The notes beneath the pieces are model-generated. The model searched no databases. It was not told the origin of the DNA and saw nothing but the letters and a program-made list of their open reading frames with translations. 39,298 bases of DNA from Octopus sinensis. Its lineage: Eukaryota. Below, in pieces: positions 1 to 12,427 of this stretch. The number at the start of each line of letters is the position of its first letter. Within the stretch, counting starts at the first letter, position 1. A program made the position numbers and the translations under genes. The stretch covers positions 1 to 39,298 of the forward strand of contig NW_021835738.1 of NCBI RefSeq assembly GCF_006345805.1. The letters run 5' to 3'.

Positions 1-16
1 ATCTATCTCTATATAT

Positions 17-50
<34 letters not shown>

Positions 51-308
51 GGAGAGAGAGAGAGAGAAGAGAGAGAGAAGAGAGAGAGAGAGGGGGAGAT
101 AGCGGTGTGTGTCGTCTCACCAATACTTGCGTTTATAACATCGTAACATAAGCGATTCTGCAAAAGGGAACTGGACAGACGTAAAGAATGTGGACCGAAA
201 CCCTTTCGTGTGAGAGAGAAAAAGGGACAGAGAGAAGCAGCATCCCCACCCCCAGCTTTTTTGTATCACAGATTGGTTTTTATGGCAAGATAACTTTTCC
301 AAGTAGAA

Positions 309-533
309 GGCGGCCACGTTAGAAAGCCGGGTGAAATGCGTAGCCGTATTTCGTCTGCCGTTACGTTCTGAGTTCAAATTCCTCCGAGGTCGACTTTGCC
401 TTTCATCCTTTCGGGGTCGATAAATTAAGTACCAGTTACGCACTGGGGTCGATATAATCGACTTAATCCCTTTATCTGTCCTTGTTTGTCCCCTCTATGT
501 TTAGCCCCTTGTGGGCAATGAAGAAATATAAGA
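309..533 (+). mobile_element. SINE family A, near full length
   Basis: Same ~225-bp unit as 3903-4123, 9021-9220, 18767-, 32130-. Has a B-box-like gagttcaaattcc. The core gtcgactttgcctttcatcctttcggggtcgataaattaagtaccag resembles, from memory, the Meta/MESC SINE domain. Confidence 0.85.
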
Positions 534-1054
534 GACTTACTGGCGAACGTTAAAACGTAAACGAAGAGAGAAAAGAATGAAAGCCATCAACGGTTGTTCA
601 GTGAAAAGTAGGAGATACATTAATTCACAATGGTTCACGGTTTGAGTGAGAATTTTCTCTGCTTTACCCGCCATCATCCACATCATCTTTATCGATCTGT
701 TTGCGTCTGAAAATTCCAGCTCTGCTCTCGTCGTAGTCATCGTGGTCGTCGTAGTCGTGATCGCCGTCGTGGTGGTGGCGGTGACGGTGGTCGCCGCCGT
801 CGCGGTCGTCGTCATGATAATCGTCATGGTAGTGGCGGTCGTCGCGGTCGTTGTTATGATAGTCAATAGCTGCTATTACGTTAGTTTCTCATTCAGACAT
901 TCAATAACCAATCAGATCAAACTACATCATCGTCTTTCGCTTTTATTCAATGGTTGATGAAAGGGACTTCTTTTCTACGTAGCTGTTTGACCGGCGAACT
1001 AGAAACAGCAGCCAAATTCCTCCCGAATCACGCCCAGCTATATCTATGAAGATA

Positions 1055-1126
1055 TATTTCTTTATTGCCCACAAGGGGCTAAATACAGAGGGGACAAACA
1101 AGGACAGACAAAGGGATTAAGTCGAT
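1055..1126 (-). mobile_element. 5'-truncated SINE A (72 bp) with 8-bp TSD
   Basis: TGAAGATA at 1047-1054 and 1127-1134 flanks the reverse-complemented SINE A 3' end. Confidence 0.85.
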
Positions 1127-1163
1127 TGAAGATAGAAAAGATACATTGGAACAACGTGTTCTT

Positions 1164-1207
<44 letters not shown>

Positions 1208-1372
1208 TACTGTTCTGTCTGGGGAGAGTCATTTTCTTTTTGTGCCTTATAATTTAACACACTCACCGGTAAAATTTCCACTTATTCTTTATTTTTATTC
1301 TCTTAAAATTTTCGTTGCGTCTTGCAACGTTTTCTATAGTCTTGGCTCTGAGAGTCAAGACGCAACGAGAGT

Positions 1373-1790
1373 GGAGGCGCAATGGCCCGATGGTTATTGC
1401 AGCGGACTCGCGGTTTCGATTCCCAGACCGGGTGTTGTGTGTGTTTATTGAGCGAAAACACCTAAAGCTCCACCAAGCTCGGGCAGGGGGTGGGGGTGGC
1501 GACCCCTGTTGTACTCTTTCGCTCCAACTTTCTCTCACTCTTTCTTCCTGTTTCTTGTCGCCGACTTCCTACGCAACCGCTAAGCCTGGATGCGCATTCA
1601 TCCATCCGTCGATGCTCTCGGTGTCGGGGGTTGATCTGCTTTCTCTTGTGCGGGTCTTACGAATAGCAAAGGACCACGTTTCGGACTTCTCCCACTGGAC
1701 GAAGACCGCTTCGCTCAACAGCAACAGCAGACGCAACGACAGTCAGTGCTTTACGCAATATGCATGCAGTTCTAAGTAATGCCGACTTTT
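1373..1790 (+). mobile_element. SINE D variant with a different 3' half
   Basis: 5' ~190 bp matches the 12045 copy; the 3' half matches the inverted copy at about 2680-2920 instead. Confidence 0.8.
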
Positions 1791-1861
1791 GCAATACCCT
1801 TAGATTGTAGGGCATTTCTAAAGTTTTCATATAGGGTGGTATTGAACCCATTGCGGATCTT

Positions 1862-2641
1862 TTTTTTTTTTGAAGGCCAGATTTTCCTAGTTAACTAAAA
1901 AATTTGAAACTTCGTATACTGGTAGAATGTGTCAAAAGAAAACATTGTTGTAAACAAAATTGAAAACAAAATTGTAATTTGTAACTTAAACGTAGTTTAA
2001 TTTTTACGAATTTTAACCAATGAAATTCCAACATCTTCGAACGTTGTGTTTTGCCACTTGCCGCAACAAATTTGCACAGAAGGGGGTGGGGTGGGGTCAA
2101 TGTTTCATCGTTTCGGGGTCGATAAATTAAGTACCAATTACGCACTGGTGTCGAGGATTTTTTTCCCAATTTATATCACAGCTTCCGACAAGCTGGGGGC
2201 ATCCTTTTATGAAAAAATATTTCGCAAATTTTTACAATACGACTCACACTCCACGCGCAAACTCGAGACCGATTTAGGCATATTATTGTTTTGCTTTTGT
2301 TGTTTCTGGACCTTCAAAACCTTGGGAGAAGCCTTTTCGGTAAAAAAAAAAAATAAAGAAAATATTCAAAAAATATCGTTAATATTTTTATTGGACGACG
2401 AAATTAATCGATTTAAGAGATATAGCTGTTATTTCTAGCACATGTAGAAGACAGAAGAAGAGGTAAATAATTTGAGCTCGAATGCTGCGATTTCATTGGT
2501 TAAAATTCTTAAAATTAAACTACGTTTAAGTTACGAATTACAATTTTGTTTACAATAATGTTTTCTTTTGACACATTCTACCAGTATACGAAGTTTCAAA
2601 TTGTTTAGTTGACTAGGAAAATCTGGCCTTCAAAAAGAAAA
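1862..2641. mobile_element. Foldback/MITE-type DNA transposon with about 180-bp arms
   Basis: 1862-2040 is the reverse complement of 2478-2641 (gaaggccagattttcctagtt... / ...actaggaaaatctggccttc). A SINE A fragment is inserted at about 2085-2152. Exact termini are uncertain. Confidence 0.85.
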
Positions 2642-2679
2642 GGGATAACCTTTATGTTTGATTCTCGTAGCTGCCACAT

Positions 2680-2920
2680 CGTTGCAGTCTCAATTCTCAG
2701 GTCTCCATATTTATCAACCTTTTCTCTTTCAGAAAATTGCTATTTGTAAATCTCACAACGAGAGATATTCAACAACTGTACGACCCGTACAAGAGAAAGT
2801 AGGTCAACCCCCGACACCGAGAGCATCGACGGATGGATGAATGCGCATCCAGGCTCAGCGGTTGCGTAGGAAGTTGGGGACAAGAAACAGGAAGAAAGAG
2901 TGAGAGAAAGAGTACAACTG
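2680..2920 (-). mobile_element. SINE D variant 3' half, 5' part cut near the MITE at 2927
   Basis: Reverse complement of about 1510-1660. The ORF-track translations of the two are near-identical. Confidence 0.8.
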
Positions 2921-2926
2921 TACTTT

Positions 2927-3192
2927 GGAGTAAAGATTATTTGCCAACATAACATGCCAGTCCTGGTTTAGGACGAATGTTGCTGTAATTTAGCCCCAGG
3001 AGACATCCTCTCCAGCTGGCTATACGACACGATCTGTGTCCTTATATATAGATATGTTCCCTTGATCGAAAATATAAGGACACACATCGTGTCGTATAGT
3101 GAGCTGGAGATGATGTCTCCTGGGGCTAAATTACAGCAATATTCGTCCTAAACCAGGACTGCCATGTTATGTTGGCAAATAATCTTTACTCC
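2927..3192. mobile_element. MITE, near-perfect 266-bp foldback
   Basis: About 120-bp arms (GGAGTAAAGATTATTTGCC...GGCAAATAATCTTTACTCC), short spacer, TTT on both flanks. A degenerate partial copy lies at about 16865-16920. Confidence 0.9.
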
Positions 3193-3194
3193 TT

Positions 3195-3362
3195 TTCTCT
3201 TTCTTTCTTCCATGATCATATGTTGATCTCCTGGCACTGCTACATCGACTATTAGCCACTCTTGTTTGTCCCTCCTAAAAGTTACCATGTCCGGCTTCCG
3301 GAGCTCTAGCACCTTCTCTGTCTGGAAATCAAAGTCACGGAGGATTTTTGCCTTCCCCTTTA
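3195..3362 (-). mobile_element. R4/Dong-like LINE fragment, restriction-like endonuclease domain
   Basis: Translates to KILRDFDFQTEKVLELRKPDMVTFRRDKQEWLIVDVAVPGD (PD...D motif). Abuts a long ATT/AAT microsatellite. Confidence 0.8.
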
Positions 3363-3412
3363 TAATAATAATTATTATTATTATCATTATATCATCATCA
3401 TTATTATTATAC

Positions 3413-3448
<36 letters not shown>

Positions 3449-3600
3449 TATTATTACTATTATTACTATCATTATTATTATTACTATTATTATTATTATT
3501 ATTATCATTATTACTATTATTATTATCATTACTATTATTATTATTATTATTACTACTACCATCATTATTATTATTATTATTACTATTATTATTATTATTT
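3362..3600. repeat. Compound (ATT/ACT/ATC)n trinucleotide microsatellite
   Basis: Directly visible. Confidence 0.97.
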
Positions 3601-3902
3601 TTGTTATGTAATATTTTCCTACATTCTCAGTCTCTTCTTACCTTGACACTGTTGTTGTTGTTGTTTAAGGTAACACACCAGCTGCCACTATTCATTGTAT
3701 TGATGTTGACGACGCTGCTGCTGCTATTGTTGTTGTTGTTGTTCTTGCCTTTTGGTTGTAGTCATTATTATGGAACAATGAATCATTAGAAACCTGTGGA
3801 GTGTATATAAACAACACACACACACACACACACACACATAACTATATGTATATGTATATAATTATATATATGTATGTATGTATATATATATATGTATGTG
3901 TG

Positions 3903-4123
3903 TGGCAGAAATGTTAGCACACAGGGCGAAATGCGTAGCCGTATTTCGTCCGCCGTTACGTTCTGAGTTCAAATTCCGCCGAGGTCGACTTCGCCTTTCA
4001 TCCTTTCGGGGTCGATAAATAAAGTACCAGCTACACACTGGGGTCGATGTAATCGACTTAATCCCTTTGTCTGTCCTTGTTTGTCCCCTCTGTGTTTAGC
4101 CCCTTGTGGGCAGCAAAGAAATA
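3903..4123 (+). mobile_element. SINE family A
   Basis: Near-identical to 309-533. Confidence 0.85.
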
Positions 4124-4399
4124 TATATGTATATGTGTGTGTTTATATGTGTGTGTGTATGTGTGTGTGTGATATATGTCATCATCATTGTCATCGTTTA
4201 ACATCTGCTTTCCATGCTGGCATGGGTTGGATGGTTTGACTGAGGACTGGCAAGCCAGGAGGTTGCACCAGGCTCCAAGCTGATCTCCCAAGGTTTCTAC
4301 AGCTGGATGCCCTTCCTAATGGGGTATACTGGGCTTCGGATATTTTACCCCAGTGTCACTTTGATGGCATGCACAGCTCCCTCACTCAATAATAATAAC

Positions 4400-4443
<44 letters not shown>

Positions 4444-4444
4444 T

Positions 4445-4672
4445 TTGCGGGAAGGGGACTAGTCAATTACATCGACCCCTGTGCTCAACTGGTACTTATG
4501 TTATTGGACTCAAAAGGATAAAAGGTAAAGTCAACCTCAGCAGAATTTGAACTCAGAACCTAAAGACGGGTGAAATGCCGCTTAGCATTTTGCACGACAT
4601 ACTAATGATTCTGTTAGATCATTGCCTTATATACTAATTATAATAATGATGATGATGATGATGATAATAATG

Positions 4673-4722
<50 letters not shown>

Positions 4723-5452
4723 TTCAAATTTTGCCATAAGGTCTGAAATTTTGGGGGAGGGGGTAAGTCGATTGCATCGACCCCAGTGCTCAACTGGTGT
4801 TTATTTTATCGACCCCCTAAAGGATGAAAGGTAATGTTGACATGGGCAGAATTTGAACTCAGAACGTGAAAATGGACGAAATACTGCAATGTATTTTGTC
4901 CAGCATGCTAACGATTCCACCAATTTGCCGCCTTAAACAATAATAATAATAATAATTCCTATCATAGTAGGTGCATTAGGCATGATAAAAAAATATTCAG
5001 ACAAATACATAACAAAAACACCAGGATTTACAAACACATATAACATACAGAAAATTGCACTATTAGGCACTGCACACATCCTACGCAGAACACTTTCCAT
5101 ACAATAACCATCAGAGCATCACAACAAATCACAGTACATACCCAAGGCACATAGAGCTGCGCTCGGTAGTGAAGTGAAAGCACGCTATAAAAATAAAACT
5201 ACTGAATAATAATAATAATAATAATTCTAACAATAATGCTTTCTACTATAGGTACAAAGCCTCAAATTAGTGGGGAGGGGACTAGTCAGTCACATCAACC
5301 CTAGTGTTTTACTAGTACTTATTTTATCAACCCCGGAAGGATGAAAGACAAAGTTGGCCTCGGTGGGATTTGAACTCAGAATGTAGCGACGGGTGAAATA
5401 CCACTAAGCATTTCATCCAGCGTGCTAATGATTCTGCCAGTTCACTGCCTTA
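4445..5452 (-). mobile_element. Three older SINE A-related copies (about 4445-4620, 4730-4935, 5240-5452) interleaved with (AAT)n
   Basis: Each carries the reverse-complemented core ...gatgaaaggcaaagtcgacctcggcggaatttgaactcagaac... in diverged form. Confidence 0.75.
4958..5205 (+). mobile_element. 3' end of an R4/Dong-like LINE (ORF end plus 3' UTR) embedded in (AAT)n
   Basis: 4958-5107 translates to PIIVGALGMIKKYSDKYITKTPGFTNTYNIQKIALLGTAHILRRTLSIQ*, followed by about 100 nt UTR. (AAT)n lies on both sides. Confidence 0.85.
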
Positions 5453-5817
5453 TATAATCTTAAACAATAATAATAATAATAACAAATTGTCATTGTCTAT
5501 GAGATCCATAGAAAGAGGAATATTGAATCGACTCCAGCCCCTGAGATTAGAGTCAGACAACAAATCACGTTGCCCCTGCTCATTTACATATCAATAGGTT
5601 TTGTTGACATGAATAGAATGAGGCTAAATGCTTGTTTACTGAAACATACATGTGTAAATATATCATCAGTTTATCCATGCATAAACAGTCTCAGTATATT
5701 AATTTAAGTAATATGTGGTACCTCCAAATGTATTCATATGCAAATGAGTCACAGATGATAATACCTGTTGTTCATCAAGTAATTTTCAGCTGTTCTTTCT
5801 CCTTCTCTCCATATACT

Positions 5818-6412
5818 GTGTATATATATATATATATAGATATATATATACATATGTATACATATATATATATGTATACATATATATATTATATATGACA
5901 TATATACATATATAATATACATATATATGTATACATATATCTATATATATGACTTATATATATAATACAAAGACACTATATATATATACATATATATGTA
6001 TACATTATGACATATATATATTACATATATATGTATAAAAAAATATATATATATATTATATATGACATATATCATAGTATACATATATACATATATAATA
6101 ACATATTATTATATATATATACATATATATATATACATATATATATATATACATATTATAATATATAATATATATATATATACATATATATATCTATAAA
6201 TATATACATACATATATTATATATACATACATATATATATATACATAATATAATCTATATACATACTATATATATATATACATACATATATATTATATAC
6301 AATTAAATATATAATACATACATATTATAATATATATACATATATATTAACATACTATATATATATACATAATATATATGCATACATATATATACATACT
6401 ATATATACATAC

Positions 6413-6445
<33 letters not shown>

Positions 6446-6746
6446 CATAATATATATATACATAAACATATTATATACATATATATATATATACATATCT
6501 ATATATATACATATAATATATAATAATATACATATATATATATATATACAATATAATAATATATATCTATACATATATATATATATTATATATATATATA
6601 TAACATATACATATAGATATATACATATACCATATATATATAACATATACAATATATATATATATATTATTATATATATTATATATACAGTATACATATA
6701 TTATATATATACAATACATTATATATATATATATATGACATATACA

Positions 6747-6783
<37 letters not shown>

Positions 6784-6940
6784 TATACATATACATATAT
6801 ATATATATACATATACATATATATATTATAACATAACATATATATATAATATACATATACATTATATCTATATATATTATATATATATATATATATATAC
6901 ATATACCAGTGGCACCCAAGAGCAGTCTATATATATATCA
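5818..6940. repeat. About 1.1-kb degenerate (TA)n/(TACA)n low-complexity tract
   Basis: Directly visible. It is the source of the Y/I/H-rich ORFs. Confidence 0.97.
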
Positions 6941-7910
6941 CCATCACCATCATCATCATATATGTGTGTGTGTGTGTGGTTGGTTTAAATGTCAAAGGGG
7001 CAAATTATAATCCCGTTTCTCTAACAATAAACATAAACAACAGCATTTCTTCCCTGAAGAAATTTGATAAAACCCAACAAAAACAGACAACATGATTATT
7101 GAAATATATTTTATTTATAAGATTAGTTGTTTAGTCTGTTAACTGTATGAAAGCCCCTAATATATTGTGATAGCAGTTTCAACATGTCTTGAAGGTCACG
7201 AGAAAAAGCAATGTGCCCTGAAGTAGCTATGTAGACTGACCCTTGATGCTTCAGGTTTTTTGTCCTGCTTGCCCTTAAAGCGAAAACCAGTCTGTGTAAT
7301 ATTATTCAGCTCTATAAACTTGGTAGTCTGATTACAAGGACTCGGCAGGCCAAGACAGCTGAGGTGACCAGCAAGCTGTAGGTTTTACATGGGTGTAGTC
7401 TTCTCCTAGGTCAAGGCCACACCCATGTAAAACTTTACAGGACTGGAGAACTCCAGCTACCCTGAATACTTGACTGACCCTGGAAGAAAGGAGGGTGAAT
7501 GAAAGGGTGAGTTATGAGGAATAAAGGAAGAGGAGATAGAAAATAAAAAATAAAATTTCACTAAAGTGGGATTTGAACACAAAACTGTGAGATGTGAAAT
7601 GATATAATGCAATGCCTTATATCCAGGTGCTCCAGGTAAGCTTGTTGCATGATGTTCCATGGTCCCAGAGATGGTAAACAGGGAAGTCTGAAAGAAAAGA
7701 AAAATACAAGAATTAAAATGGTGTATAAGTCACACAAACACACATGTGCGCATGCACACACACACACACACACACCTGAGTGTCAAATTAATACACCTGC
7801 TTCTTGTTCCCACACCTGTTTTTATCTTTTGTTTTCTGAAAATCTGAACTATATATATACATATACATATATATCATCATCATCATCATCATCATCATAT
7901 ATATATATAT

Positions 7911-8312
7911 TTACTCTTTTGCTCTTTTACTTGTTTCAGTCATTTGACTGCGGCCATGCTGGAGCACCGCCTTTAGTCGAGCAAATCGACCCTGGGATTT
8001 ATTCTTTGTAAGCCCAGTACTTATTCTATCAGTCTCTTTTGCCGAACCGCTAGGTGACAGGGACGTAAACACACCAGCATCGGTTGTCAAGCAATGCTAG
8101 GGGGACAAAAACAAAGACACACAAACACATACATATATATATATATACATATATACGACAGGCTTCTTTCAGTTTCCGTCTACCAAGTCCACTAACAAGG
8201 CATTGGTCGGCCCGGGGCTATAGCAGAAGACACTTGCCCAAGATGCCATGCAGTGGGACTGAACCTGGAACCATGTGGTTGGTTAGCAAGCTACTTACCA
8301 CACAGCCACTCT
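7911..8312 (-). mobile_element. SINE family B (tRNA-like head, CORE-like segment, internal TA/TG microsatellite, LINE-like tail)
   Basis: Reverse complement of the 31293-31700 unit. The CORE resemblance (tcttgggcaagtgtcttct) is from recall. Confidence 0.85.
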
Positions 8313-8324
8313 TAATTTTAAATA

Positions 8325-8500
8325 GATAACTGGAGCATGGCTGACAAAGATCTTACTGAGTGATGCTAGCACCCCCTCAGCCTTTTTGACAATCTTAGAT
8401 ATGTGGTTTGTCCAATGCAGATTGTTGTTTACAATAATACCCAGATCATGTCCACTAGAAGACTTCTTGAGATTGGTGTTGCTGAGGGAGGATGTAAAGT
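8325..8500 (-). mobile_element. CR1/L2-type LINE RT C-terminal fragment
   Basis: Translates to HDLGIIVNNNLHWTNHISKIVKKAEGVLASLSKIF, typical of the post-RT 'DLG...W..HI..IVKKA' segment. Confidence 0.75.
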
Positions 8501-8834
8501 CCAGGATACTGGTCATGTTGTTCTTGTTGTTTGCTGCTACTGTTGTTGTCAAAGACTTTTTATTTTGACGCTACTTTGCGTCAGAAGTTGGTTAGTCATA
8601 AATTCCCTTTGGAATTTTAAGCCCAGCTTCATCACTTTTATTCATTCATCTATTTATTTTTGTTCTTTGTTTTTGCTTTTAAACGAAATCTAGTTTCAAG
8701 CATCTTATACAGATAAATTTTGAGACACTATTTTCTGAAACTGGTAAAATTATGTAGGGGGTTCAAATTCTGATCTTGCACCACCTGAAAATTCTAAGGG
8801 GTGCAAGTGCACCCCCTATTCCTGGGCCTTTGAG

Positions 8835-8997
8835 TATGGGCTTCTCTCAGTTTCTATCTACCAAATCCACTCACAAGGCTTTGGTTGGCCCAAGGTTATA
8901 GTAGAAGACACTTGCCCAAGGTACCATGTAGTGAGACTGAACCCGGAACCATGTGGTTCATAAGCAAGCTACTTACCACACAGTCATTCCTGTGCCT
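8835..8997 (-). mobile_element. SINE B, 5' half
   Basis: cagtttctatctaccaaatccactcacaagg...cttaccacacag. Confidence 0.8.
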
Positions 8998-9020
8998 GTA
9001 TATATATATATAATCGTTAA

Positions 9021-9220
9021 GGCGGCGAGCTGGCAGAAACATTAGCGCACTGGGTGAAATGCTTAGTTCTGAGTTCAAATTCCGCCGAGGTCAACTTTGC
9101 CTTTCATCCCTTCGTGGTCGATAAAAAAAAGTACCAGTTATGCACTGGGGTCGATGTAATCGACTTAACCCCTTTGTTTGTCCTCTCTATGTTTAGCCCC
9201 TTGTGGGCAATAAAGAAATA
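9021..9220 (+). mobile_element. SINE family A with internal deletion
   Basis: ggcggcgagctggcagaaac...aaagaaata. Confidence 0.85.
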
Positions 9221-9284
9221 TATATATATATATAATTGTTATATATTTTTTCCTTGTAAAAAGCACTCACTCCATCCATTCTTG

Positions 9285-9972
9285 GTATGGTTGGTGTTAG
9301 GAAGGGCATTCAGCTGTAAAACACACACCAAAACAAACACAGAAGTCTGGTGCAGTTTTCTGCATGTCAAACTGTTCAACTCATGCCAGCATGGAAGGCA
9401 GATGTTAAATGATGATGATAATGGTGATGATGATATATATAACAGAGGCAATGTGGCAATGATGATATATATATAACGGAGGCAATGTGGCCGATGCTGG
9501 CATTGCGTAACTAGCACCTGTGCTGGTGGCATGTAAAAAGCAGCTTTGAAGCGTTGGACCTCATGGAGACAATAACAAGCGACCAAGACCTTTGACAATA
9601 TGTCGCGCTTGAGTAGAAGACCCATCAAGCCAAGAGAAATAGTCATGGCAGATACTGGTGTCATCCAAATGGCACTTGTGCCAGTGGCACGTAAAAGCAC
9701 ATATTAGAGTGGTTGGCATTAAGAAGGGCATAGGAACCACGCCAAGTCAGACTGGAGTCTGGTGCATCCCCTCAGCTTGTCAGCCCCTTGGTCAAACCAT
9801 CCAACCCATACCAGCATGGACAATGGACACTAAATGATGATGATGATGATGATATACACAGACATGCAGACACACACAAAAACTCCGTATATATATATAT
9901 AGTCGTATATGTCTTTCTCATTCTGTGTGTGTGTGTATATATATACACACACACACACACACAAATATATTA

Positions 9973-10003
<31 letters not shown>

Positions 10004-10155
10004 GGTTGGCGTTAGGAAGGGCATCCAGCCGTAGAAACACTGCCAGATCTGACTGGGTCTAATGAAGCCTTCCAGCTTCACAGGCCCCAGTTGAACCGTC
10101 CAACCCATGCTAGCATGGAGAACGGACGCTAAATGATGATGATGATGATGATGAT
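9285..10155 (+). mobile_element. Cluster of family C elements and 3' fragments (about 9285-9435, 9480-9852, 10003-10155)
   Basis: Each ends ccaacccat..agcatgga...taaatgatgatgat. Further copies lie at about 4180-4322 (-), 10930-11030, 24490-24640, 24725-24808, 33820-34020 (-), 34955-35042. Confidence 0.75.
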
Positions 10156-11328
10156 ATATATATATATATATATATACACAAACATATATGTCAGGGAGAA
10201 GAGGAGTAATAGAGAAACACACACAGACATATATATATACACATACACACACATATATATATATGTGTATGTGTGTGTGTATATATATATAGTTAACATC
10301 ACTTTTTAGTTTATATTTTGTGCTTATGTATTAAGAAAAATTGATTTTCTTCTTTATGCAGGAAGAAAGAATGAGAGAGAAAGAAGTAGAGAGAGAGAGA
10401 GAGAGAGAGAGTAAGCAAAAACAAATAGTGAGAGAAAAGGAGGGAGAGAGAGGGAGAGCAAAAAGAAACACTGAAAGCTACAGAGAAAGAAGACTGCAAA
10501 AAGGAAAAAAAGCAGACATCAGAGTGAGAGAGAGAGAGAGAGAGAGAAAGAAAGAAGGGAGTAGAAACTCTCCCCCCCCTCTCTCTCTCTTCCTCTCTTT
10601 CCTTCATCGGAATGACATCATGTTTGACTAGTTAATCTATTATTACCAAAGGAAATCAATATTTTTATTCACACAGACCTATCAACAGATTCAGGCCTTC
10701 CATACCTGACATACAGAGCTAGCTGCCTTGTTCTCTATCAATCTACACACCTTTATATATATAGGTGTGTGTGTGTGTGCATATATATATATATATTAAA
10801 CAGCCGAAATCTGCAATGAGGGATCAGTTTCTGACTGAAGAATGAAGGCTTTGAATGACCCGTTTGTCTTTTTGTTCGTCCCTTCGTGTATTTCACGTTA
10901 TTTATTTATGTAAAGGTTTATTATATATAGATCTGACTGGGCCTGATGAAGCCTTCCAGCTTCACAGACCCCAGTTGAATCGTCCAACCCATGCTAGCAT
11001 GGAAAGCAGACGCTAAATGATGATGATGATATATATATGTATATGTATATGTATATATTATATTATATTATATTTTATATACATATATATATATATATAT
11101 ATAATATATATATATATACACAGACACACACATACAAGAGGGGGAGATGAATAGGAGAGGGGGACAGAGTGGGAGTTCTTGGGACAGAGGGCAGATTTAA
11201 GTATTCATTTGTGTGTGTGGTGTGTGAGTGTGTGCATGGGTGTAGGGGGGGGGGCAATGATAAAATATTTGTGAAATATATTCTTTAAAAATATGTTTCC
11301 ATTATGTGTATGTATATATATACTGTAT

Positions 11329-11391
<63 letters not shown>

Positions 11392-11394
11392 AAG

Positions 11395-11560
<166 letters not shown>

Positions 11561-12044
11561 ACAAATTAGAAAGCAGGAGTTAAAATAACAATTCTGTTAT
11601 TTTCTTTTTGCATACAATTTATTATTTTGAAAGTATAAAAGAACATTACATGTATGCATGTGTGTGTGTGTGTGTTTATATATATATATGCACTTTATTA
11701 TTTTATTCTAGAGGTCAAAAGATCAGCAGAAGGGAGTGACTTTGTAACTCATAAATCTAATTTCAAATTATATAAATATAGTCTCCTTTCTTAATAAATT
11801 TCTTCTTCTTCTTCTTCTTATTATTATTATTATTATTATTATTAATATTATTTTGTGCTTATGTGCTGAGAAAAATTGACTTTCTTCCTTATGTAAGTAA
11901 ACTCAGTGTGAGAAACAGAGAGAGGGAGAGAGGAATGGAGAGAAGCAATGTAGGCAATATTTAAAAATCTATATTTGTTCATCTTGTTCTCCCTCCTACT
12001 TCTCTTTCTCACTTCTGCGTATGAGAGTGTATAAAGGCATGTGT

Positions 12045-12427
12045 GGAGGCGCAATGGCCCAGTGGTTAGGGCAGCGGACTCGCGGTCATAGGATCGCGGT
12101 TTCGATTCCCAGACCGGGCGTTGTGAGTGTTTATTGAGCGAAAACACCTAAAAGCTCCACGAGGCTCCGGCAGGGGATGGTGGTGATCCCTGCTGTACTC
12201 TTTCACCAAACTTTCTCTCACTCTTACTTCCTGTTTCTGTTGTACCTGTATTTCAAAGGGCCGGCCTTGTCACTCTCTGTGTCACGCTGAATATCCCCGA
12301 GAACTACGTTAAGGGTGCACGTGTCTATGGAGTGCTCAGCCACTTACACGTTAATTTCACGAGCAGGCTGTTCCGTTGATTCGGATCAACCGGAACCCTT
12401 GTCGTCGTAACCGACAGAGTGCTTCCA
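12045..12427 (+). mobile_element. tRNA-derived SINE family D, full length with TSD
   Basis: A box TGGCCCAGTGG, B box GGTTTCGATTCC. ATAAAGGCATGT occurs at 12031-12042 and 12427-12438. Confidence 0.9.

Noticed and set aside
117-443. Recurring similar ORFs such as MRNWYLIYRPRKDERQSRPRRNLNSERNG and MSSNARGTNTDT
   Set aside because: They are incidental frames in SINE A and SINE B copies, not a gene family.
12045-12120. tRNA gene (also 18151-18220 and 15770-15838)
   Set aside because: A and B boxes are present but there is no complete cloverleaf acceptor stem, and the sequence continues into SINE body with a TSD. These are SINE heads.
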